A stretch of 64,000 nucleotides of DNA from Bacillota bacterium (lineage in GTDB: Bacteria > Bacillota > Clostridia > Acetivibrionales > DTU013), in NCBI GenBank assembly GCA_023426125.1, contig JAFABI010000029.1, forward strand, positions 5,701-69,700. Reading direction: 5' to 3'. The translations under genes and the position numbers were made by a program. Positions 59,050 to 64,000 of the stretch are shown here, in pieces (position 1 is the stretch's first letter; every line of letters starts with the position of its first letter). Under the pieces are notes generated by a model. The model had not been told where the DNA came from. It saw only the letters and a program-made list of their open reading frames with translations, and searched no databases.

Positions 59050-59603
59050 GGACAGAGGAAGCAAAGGAACTTTTAAAAAATTCCATAGAAATGAAGGACG
59101 TTCTTCTGGCACTGAATATAAACCTTCAGGGCCGTGGGAATAAAATAAGATGCTTTGTACATAACGACAACCACCCTTCTATGAAAATATTCCGTAACCG
59201 GGTATGCTGCTTTAGCTGCCAGTACAACGAGGATATATTCGGTGTCACGGCAAAGTTCCTGAACCTATCTTTTCCTGATTCTGTAAAATGGCTGGCTTCA
59301 AACTTTATGCCAGGCTTGCAGCTTGACAGCCATGTTGACCATGAAGCCATAAAGCAGGCAAAGCTTCAAAGGGCCATAGCGGAAGGGCTGCAAATATGGC
59401 GCAATAATGCATATGACCGGCTTTGCACTCTATACAGGGCAACGCAGGAAGCAAAAAGGAAATTAAGTCCTGGATCCGTGGGGTATTTTGTAGCCTGCCA
59501 GTTTGAAGGGCCACTTGACTATTTGACAGACATTTTGATCTATGGAAAAGAATCAGATTGGCTTCAGGTTTACCGACAGCTGGGGGAGGCGTGGGGCTTA
59601 TGA
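59046..59603 (+). CDS. CHC2 (DnaG-type) zinc-finger protein
   Basis: KIRCFVHNDNHPSMKIFRNRVCCFSCQYNEDIFG is a CHC2 zinc-finger motif. ATGA overlap with the next gene. Confidence 0.75.
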   Translation: MRTEEAKELLKNSIEMKDVLLALNINLQGRGNKIRCFVHNDNHPSMKIFRNRVCCFSCQYNEDIFGVTAKFLNLSFPDSVKWLASNFMPGLQLDSHVDHEAIKQAKLQRAIAEGLQIWRNNAYDRLCTLYRATQEAKRKLSPGSVGYFVACQFEGPLDYLTDILIYGKESDWLQVYRQLGEAWGL

Positions 59604-61066
59604 GTAAGGTATATGAAGCATTGACAGATGCTGAAATGGAAAGTTTTGCAGAGATCGGGGAGCGCCAATTGGCTCCGCCTACGAAGCAATTCAAATTATC
59701 CGAACTTGGCAACGCCGAAAGACTTGTTGCAAGACATGGTAACGATATTCGATATTGTCACACTTGGAATAAATGGTTGGTATGGACGGGGATACATTGG
59801 AAAATTGACGATACCGGAGAAGTTGAGCGCAGGGCAAAGGATACGGTTAGGAGTATGTACGCAGAAGCTGCACAGATAGCAGACGAAGATCATAGGGCTG
59901 CACTTGCCAAACATGCAGCGAGAAGCGAAAGCAATAGGGCTATTGCTGCAATGATTGAGCTTGCAAAGTCTGAACCCGGTATTCCGGTAACTTCGGATAC
60001 GATGGATTCTGACGTATGGCTATTAAATTGCAAAAATGGAACCCTGGATCTGAGAACCGGAAAACTGAAAACACATGATAGAAAAGACTTCATAACGAAA
60101 CTTATATCAGTTGAATATGATCCCATAGCTGATTGCGTGGAATGGATGCAGTTCCTTAATAGGATTATGGACGGTAAGCAGGATTTGATTACGTTCCTGC
60201 AGAGGGCCATAGGTTACTCCTTAACAGGCAGTACCAGAGAACAGTGTCTATTTATTTTGTATGGAAACGGTGCGAACGGTAAGTCAGTATTGGTTAATGC
60301 TATTAGCAATTTGCTTTGTGAATATGCTCAGCAAACGCCAACTGATACATTAATGGCAAAGGATACAAGTGGTATAAGTAACGATATTGCCCGATTGAAA
60401 GGTAGTCGGTTTGTTGTGGCTTCTGAGGTTGAGGAAGGAAAGCGCATGGCTGAAAGCCTTATAAAATCTATGACAGGTGGCGAAAAGTTGACGGCACGAT
60501 TTATGAGAGCGGAATACTTTGAGTTTGATCCGACTTTTAAGTTGTGGATTTCAAGTAATCACAAGCCTGTAATAAAAGGGACCGATACGGGGATCTGGAG
60601 AAGGATTAAATTGATACCATTCACAGTGACTATACCGCCAGAGGAAAGAGATAAAAGCTTATCAGAAAAGCTAAGAGCTAAATTACCCGGTATACTTGCC
60701 TGGGCTGTAGAAGGCTGCCAGGAATGGCTTAGAGGTGGACTTGGGGAACCGGAAGAGGTAAAGGCTGCAACGGACGGTTACAAAAATGAGATGGATGTTA
60801 TATCAAGGTTTATATCTGATTGCTGCACAGTAAATACAAGCCAAACAACCAGATCACAGAAGCTTTATAAGACATATGTGGATTGGTGTAAGCAAAACGG
60901 TGAATATGAATTATCTCAGACAAAATTTAGCCTCAGGTTAGTTGAGAAGGGATTTACAAAGGAATCCACAAGGGCATGTGTCATGTGGCACAATATTGCA
61001 ATATTAGAGGAATCCGAGGAAGATGACAACCCGTTTATCAATAAAAAGTGTGGAGGGTTGGGGTAG
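59600..61066 (+). CDS. Phage/plasmid primase-helicase, P4/D5 family (D5_N plus SF3-type NTPase)
   Basis: Walker A ILYGNGANGKS and Walker B-like RFVVASEVEEG. Also IKSMTGGEKLTARFMRAEYFEF, FKLWISSNHKP and RRIKLIPF, typical of P4-family primase C-terminal domains. Confidence 0.85.
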   Translation: MSKVYEALTDAEMESFAEIGERQLAPPTKQFKLSELGNAERLVARHGNDIRYCHTWNKWLVWTGIHWKIDDTGEVERRAKDTVRSMYAEAAQIADEDHRAALAKHAARSESNRAIAAMIELAKSEPGIPVTSDTMDSDVWLLNCKNGTLDLRTGKLKTHDRKDFITKLISVEYDPIADCVEWMQFLNRIMDGKQDLITFLQRAIGYSLTGSTREQCLFILYGNGANGKSVLVNAISNLLCEYAQQTPTDTLMAKDTSGISNDIARLKGSRFVVASEVEEGKRMAESLIKSMTGGEKLTARFMRAEYFEFDPTFKLWISSNHKPVIKGTDTGIWRRIKLIPFTVTIPPEERDKSLSEKLRAKLPGILAWAVEGCQEWLRGGLGEPEEVKAATDGYKNEMDVISRFISDCCTVNTSQTTRSQKLYKTYVDWCKQNGEYELSQTKFSLRLVEKGFTKESTRACVMWHNIAILEESEEDDNPFINKKCGGLG

Positions 61067-61174
61067 TGTGGAGGGTTGCGGATACTTTTCCGGTATAAGC
61101 TCTTATGTATTTATATTTTAAGTTTATATGGAAAAAGCCTCCACAACCCTCCACAATATATAAACCCTCCACAG
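61047..61174. repeat. Putative replication origin: iterons flanking an AT-rich core
   Basis: AGTGTGGAGGGTTG occurs twice in direct orientation (61047-61060 and 61065-61078). Next comes an AT-rich stretch (TTATGTATTTATATTTTAAGTTTATATGG). Then come inverted copies CAACCCTCCACA (61144-61155) and AAACCCTCCACA (61162-61173), plus a partial CCTCCACA at 61138. Confidence 0.65.
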
Positions 61175-61199
61175 AATCAGAACGAAAAGAGGTATCGAT

Positions 61200-61391
61200 A
61201 TGGACAAAGAAATAATCATCCAGGCTTCAAGGTGTACGATTGTGCTTTACGAGAAGGAATTATTCCAGTTGCTGGCAACGCGACCGGATTTGTTTGAAAA
61301 GGCAATCGGCAGAGGCAAAGGCTATAGACGGGCGCAGGCCTGTGAAAATAGACAAAATAAAAAGGGGAAGGAGGTTGATTTTAATGTTTAG
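61200..61391 (+). CDS. Island orphan ORF (63 aa)
   Basis: ATG preceded by AAGAGG. Overlaps the next ORF by 8 nt. No motif. Confidence 0.4.
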   Translation: MDKEIIIQASRCTIVLYEKELFQLLATRPDLFEKAIGRGKGYRRAQACENRQNKKGKEVDFNV

Positions 61392-61698
61392 TAAAAGCGG
61401 CGCGGTTCATTGCCAGTATTGTATGGCTCCTGTGGAGATTTGGAAACATTCCATGACCACATATGCCGGGGACGAATGTAAACTGTATTCCGATTTCTCG
61501 GATGTAGTATGGGAACTTGAAAATACCGGAAAACCATTTAATGATCAGGACATATTGGAAGCTTGCAGGAAAGGTTTTGAGCATGAATATACCGACATAA
61601 AGGACTTCGAGGCATGTATCAATGAAATGATCGGTATCCATGTTGAATGCGGGGTTTTTTCGAGGGATTACAGACCACTGTCCATAGAAAAAAAATGA
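61384..61698 (+). CDS. Island orphan ORF (104 aa) with an N-terminal CxxC
   Basis: ATG at 61384 follows a GGAAGGAGG RBS. CQYC motif. Acidic C-terminal half. Confidence 0.45.
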   Translation: MFSKSGAVHCQYCMAPVEIWKHSMTTYAGDECKLYSDFSDVVWELENTGKPFNDQDILEACRKGFEHEYTDIKDFEACINEMIGIHVECGVFSRDYRPLSIEKK

Positions 61699-61713
61699 GG
61701 GGGATAAGACAAA

Positions 61714-62097
61714 ATGAGGTTTGAATTAACAAAATGGAACAAGGATAAGGCAGCAAAGGCGCTGGGTGACCTTTCCGGCAAAAGTATTATGATCAGCGAT
61801 ATGCATCTATCGGGGGTTGAATCCATCGAGTTTGAAGATGATGTTTTTTACGATGATGATCCCATCCCGGAAGAAAACTATGATGGCGGGAGATTGGAAT
61901 ATATCAGAATAATCTTCAACATCGGTAACGGCAGGGTGTATCGGCACTTTTGCCCTGACAGGGAAATATGTCACTTCTGGCATGAGACGGATGATCTGAT
62001 ATGCTTCAGGATTGAAAAAATACCTGAGTATGTCCAGCGGGAAAAGGATGCGCTTGATTTTAAGCTGCAGGAGTATGAAAAATTCATGAGCATATAG
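61714..62097 (+). CDS. Island orphan ORF (127 aa)
   Basis: GGGGGA RBS and an acidic protein. No motif. Confidence 0.45.
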   Translation: MRFELTKWNKDKAAKALGDLSGKSIMISDMHLSGVESIEFEDDVFYDDDPIPEENYDGGRLEYIRIIFNIGNGRVYRHFCPDREICHFWHETDDLICFRIEKIPEYVQREKDALDFKLQEYEKFMSI

Positions 62098-62116
62098 AAA
62101 GCGAGGATGATGTGAA

Positions 62117-62458
62117 ATGGATAAGCAAGCGTTTACCATCAAGAATTTAAATGTTAATACGATTTCAGGGCGTATTTCAGGATCGGTATGGAAAAGGAAA
62201 TTATATAAACACGGTGGCGCATTTAATGAATTATGCGGCTGTGGTTATGATGGTGAAGCAGCAAAAAAGATCAAGGATTTGTTACCGGGTGACAAGATTC
62301 TGGCTACAGATTATAAGTCTGAAACGATTACAACCGACAACGGAAGCTATGAAAGGGTTATCATATATGACTTTGAAATAGTCCATCAAAGAGGAAAGCG
62401 AGGTGAGGAAAATGGGAATTATGAGTGCCGAAAATCGGCGCCAGACACAAAGGCCTAA
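62117..62458 (+). CDS. Island orphan ORF (113 aa)
   Basis: GAGGATGATG RBS region. The N-terminal NVNTISGRISG..W.R pattern is faintly OB-fold/SSB-like, which is speculative. Confidence 0.4.
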   Translation: MDKQAFTIKNLNVNTISGRISGSVWKRKLYKHGGAFNELCGCGYDGEAAKKIKDLLPGDKILATDYKSETITTDNGSYERVIIYDFEIVHQRGKRGEENGNYECRKSAPDTKA

Positions 62459-62669
62459 AGTCGAGAGGCTTCGATCGCTTACAAAGGAGGCCAAACAGCT
62501 AAGGGCTAAAGGCCAATATTTGAATGCAGACAAATTGGAGCCTGAGATTAGAAGCTTAAAAAAGGATTTGGGAATAAAAACCGAGCCCAAGAAATCGACT
62601 ACAAGAGCAGGTAATGTAGGGGAGTTCAAAAAGGAATTATTGAAGAGATTGGAGAGGTGCAAAAAATGA
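62412..62669 (+). CDS. Island orphan ORF (85 aa, very basic, coiled-coil-like)
   Basis: ATG after GAGGTGAGG. Overlaps the upstream ORF end. ATGA coupling to the next ORF. Confidence 0.35.
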   Translation: MGIMSAENRRQTQRPKVERLRSLTKEAKQLRAKGQYLNADKLEPEIRSLKKDLGIKTEPKKSTTRAGNVGEFKKELLKRLERCKK

Positions 62670-63337
62670 AATTAATATTCAAAGCCGAAGAGAAGGAAAA
62701 AGTAGCAAGAGAGGAACAAGCTAAAAGGGAAAGCGCAAGAAAGGCATGGTTCAAGCACCAGGAGGAACTGAACAAACCCAAGGAATTCTATATTCCCGGA
62801 GGCGCATGGGCTTCATTTCTGGATGTCTTGAACAATGGGGAAATAACGCGCATATACCAGAGTGATATTCCCGGAGGCGCATGGTTTATACATGAACAGG
62901 TGAAGGCGGCCAATATATTCCTAAAACTGGTGATAAGGGATAGGGGCGCTTTAGAGAATCTGATTGTTGACGAGTTTGAATGGAGTCCTAACAACATTCC
63001 TTTATCCCTTCCGGATGCTGATACAGAAGCAGTATTGAAGAAGGAAGCCGGCAAACTGGGACTTGACTATGAAACATATCTGAGAGCAATATTCCACACC
63101 CGGGTTACTGAGCTTGAACAGGACATGCGACAAAGGGAAGAGAGGCGGCAGGCAGACGCGTGGGATAATCGATCAGAAAAAATTACAGGATATCTCAAAG
63201 CAGATTTAAGAAAAAAGCTTGAGGCTAAGTACGGTCAAGCTGTGTATGATAACTGGTTCGCTCCAGGCCGAAAAATCTTTACGCATTTTGATATGCTTAT
63301 AAAGGCAGCTGAAGAGTATCTTGGCAAGAGGGAATGA
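62666..63337 (+). CDS. Island orphan ORF (223 aa) with a duplicated IPGGAW motif
   Basis: ATG at 62666 follows GGAGAGGTG. Charged helical N- and C-termini flank a region containing two copies of IPGGAW. Confidence 0.5.
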   Translation: MKLIFKAEEKEKVAREEQAKRESARKAWFKHQEELNKPKEFYIPGGAWASFLDVLNNGEITRIYQSDIPGGAWFIHEQVKAANIFLKLVIRDRGALENLIVDEFEWSPNNIPLSLPDADTEAVLKKEAGKLGLDYETYLRAIFHTRVTELEQDMRQREERRQADAWDNRSEKITGYLKADLRKKLEAKYGQAVYDNWFAPGRKIFTHFDMLIKAAEEYLGKRE

Positions 63338-63478
63338 ATTATGTGGGCGAAACATATTAGGGTCTGCAAGACAAAAAATGCAGTGCGGGGAAGTCGGAAG
63401 TCCGAGAAGAACAATATGCTGCGGGATAAAAAGCAACCCCCCCACCCTTCGAAAATTAATTTTAAATAGCTAAGGACC

Positions 63479-63512
63479 GGAGGGGGCAGCCTTTTCCCCC
63501 TCCACCGTTTTT
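63479..63512 (+). terminator. GC hairpin plus T-run upstream of terS
   Basis: GGAGGGGG-cagcctttt-CCCCCTCC followed by ACCGTTTTT. Preceded by a C7 tract (AACCCCCCCACCC). Confidence 0.5.
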
Positions 63513-63534
63513 CTAAAAAAGGGGGTGTTAGAAC

Positions 63535-63906
63535 TTGTCAAAATCAAAAAAAGCTATTGAAAATGAAGTGAAAAAGCAGATGCAGCGGCTTGGAACATAT
63601 AAGCCGGAGTATGATAAGATACTGAAAATTTTTGCAGGAATGCTTTATCAGTACCACAGGCTGGAAGAGCAGTTCGAGGAAAGCGGCTGCAAGCTGACGG
63701 AGTCATACACAAACAAGGCCGGCGCCACAAACGAGAGGAAGGTTCCTCTGTATACGGCCATGGAAAGCTTAAGAAAAGACATAGCCGTTTACTCAGACAA
63801 ACTTTGTTTGAACCCGAAGTCACTTGAGACGGTGACTACTGATCTTCCGAAAAAATCTTCTTTGGTAAAAGCTCTTGAGGAGATTTCCTCTGAATTAGGA
63901 ATGTAA
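63535..63906 (+). CDS. terS: Small terminase subunit, P27 family
   Basis: KPEYDKILKIFAGMLYQYHRLEEQFEESG...NKAGATNERKVPLYTAMESLRKDIAVYSDKLCLNPKS matches the P27-family TerS pattern. TTG start after an AGGGGG RBS. Confidence 0.75.
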   Translation: MSKSKKAIENEVKKQMQRLGTYKPEYDKILKIFAGMLYQYHRLEEQFEESGCKLTESYTNKAGATNERKVPLYTAMESLRKDIAVYSDKLCLNPKSLETVTTDLPKKSSLVKALEEISSELGM

Positions 63907-64000
63907 CTCTTGCCCTGGGTGCGGGGTTTGGAGCACACCCAACCTGTTTCCGGTCAGTGAATGAAAAACCGGGCTTCAAGGTTTTCGAGCATAGGACGTA

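Larger units (their letters stand above)
56126..64000. mobile_element. tRNA-Arg-associated integrative island with PICI-like (phage satellite) gene order; right end beyond the window
   Basis: Abrupt change of gene content and lower G+C directly 3' of the tRNA. The order is int, a leftward orphan ORF, a divergent operator region, HTH, xis-like, CHC2, a P4-type primase-helicase, iterons, orphan ORFs and a P27 terS. Confidence 0.75.

Noticed and set aside
61047-61174. Possible CRISPR array (short repeated words)
   Set aside because: There are only five short (12-14 bp) copies, in both orientations, with irregular spacing around an AT-rich core, and no cas genes. The pattern fits iterons, not CRISPR.
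61076-61297. 73-aa ORF overlapping the iteron region
   Set aside because: It begins inside the iterons and AT-rich core and has no RBS. Its sequence is dictated by the repeats, so the region is better explained as an origin.

Overview
This window looks like chromosome from an endospore-forming, SLH-bearing member of the Clostridia, roughly 50% G+C by eye. About 56 kb is ordinary core genome. The last ~8 kb is a mobile island. Core content, left to right: a GH18-SLH wall hydrolase, a YfcC-type transporter with an M20 peptidase, glgCD, and a polar amino-acid ABC transporter. Next come a LysM-GH18 YaaH/SleL-like cortex hydrolase, addBA, and a GerA-type germinant receptor cluster with CotF-like genes. 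These are followed by a five-gene branched-chain amino-acid ABC operon, a CBS-ACT protein, a frame-broken ATP-grasp gene, and an HD-GYP/GAF protein. The remainder is a NodB deacetylase, argGH, ruvCAB, queH, an AMIN-amidase, and the Bacillus-like gerM-rph-rdgB-ysnB block ending in tRNA-Gly(UCC) and tRNA-Arg(UCU). Directly after tRNA-Arg the content switches to an island: a tyrosine integrase, an AT-rich orphan ORF, a palindrome-rich divergent control region, a small HTH protein and an excisionase-like protein. The island continues with a CHC2 zinc-finger protein, a P4/D5-type primase-helicase, an iteron origin, six coupled orphan ORFs and a P27-family small terminase. This layout matches a phage-inducible chromosomal island (phage satellite) better than a normal prophage. 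The window ends at 64000 before the right end, with a possible further ORF starting at 63961. This island is the best candidate for an undescribed system, especially the 322-aa ORF in the master-repressor/cargo position and the orphan block between the origin and terS. Other observations are two families of dispersed GC-rich intergenic hairpin repeats, a paralogous pair of FAD oxidoreductases (one coupled to a 32-aa membrane peptide), putative ARG boxes, and an Asp-loop calcium-binding-like orphan. No CRISPR array, rRNA or transposase was seen. All calls come from reading motifs by eye; no searches were run.
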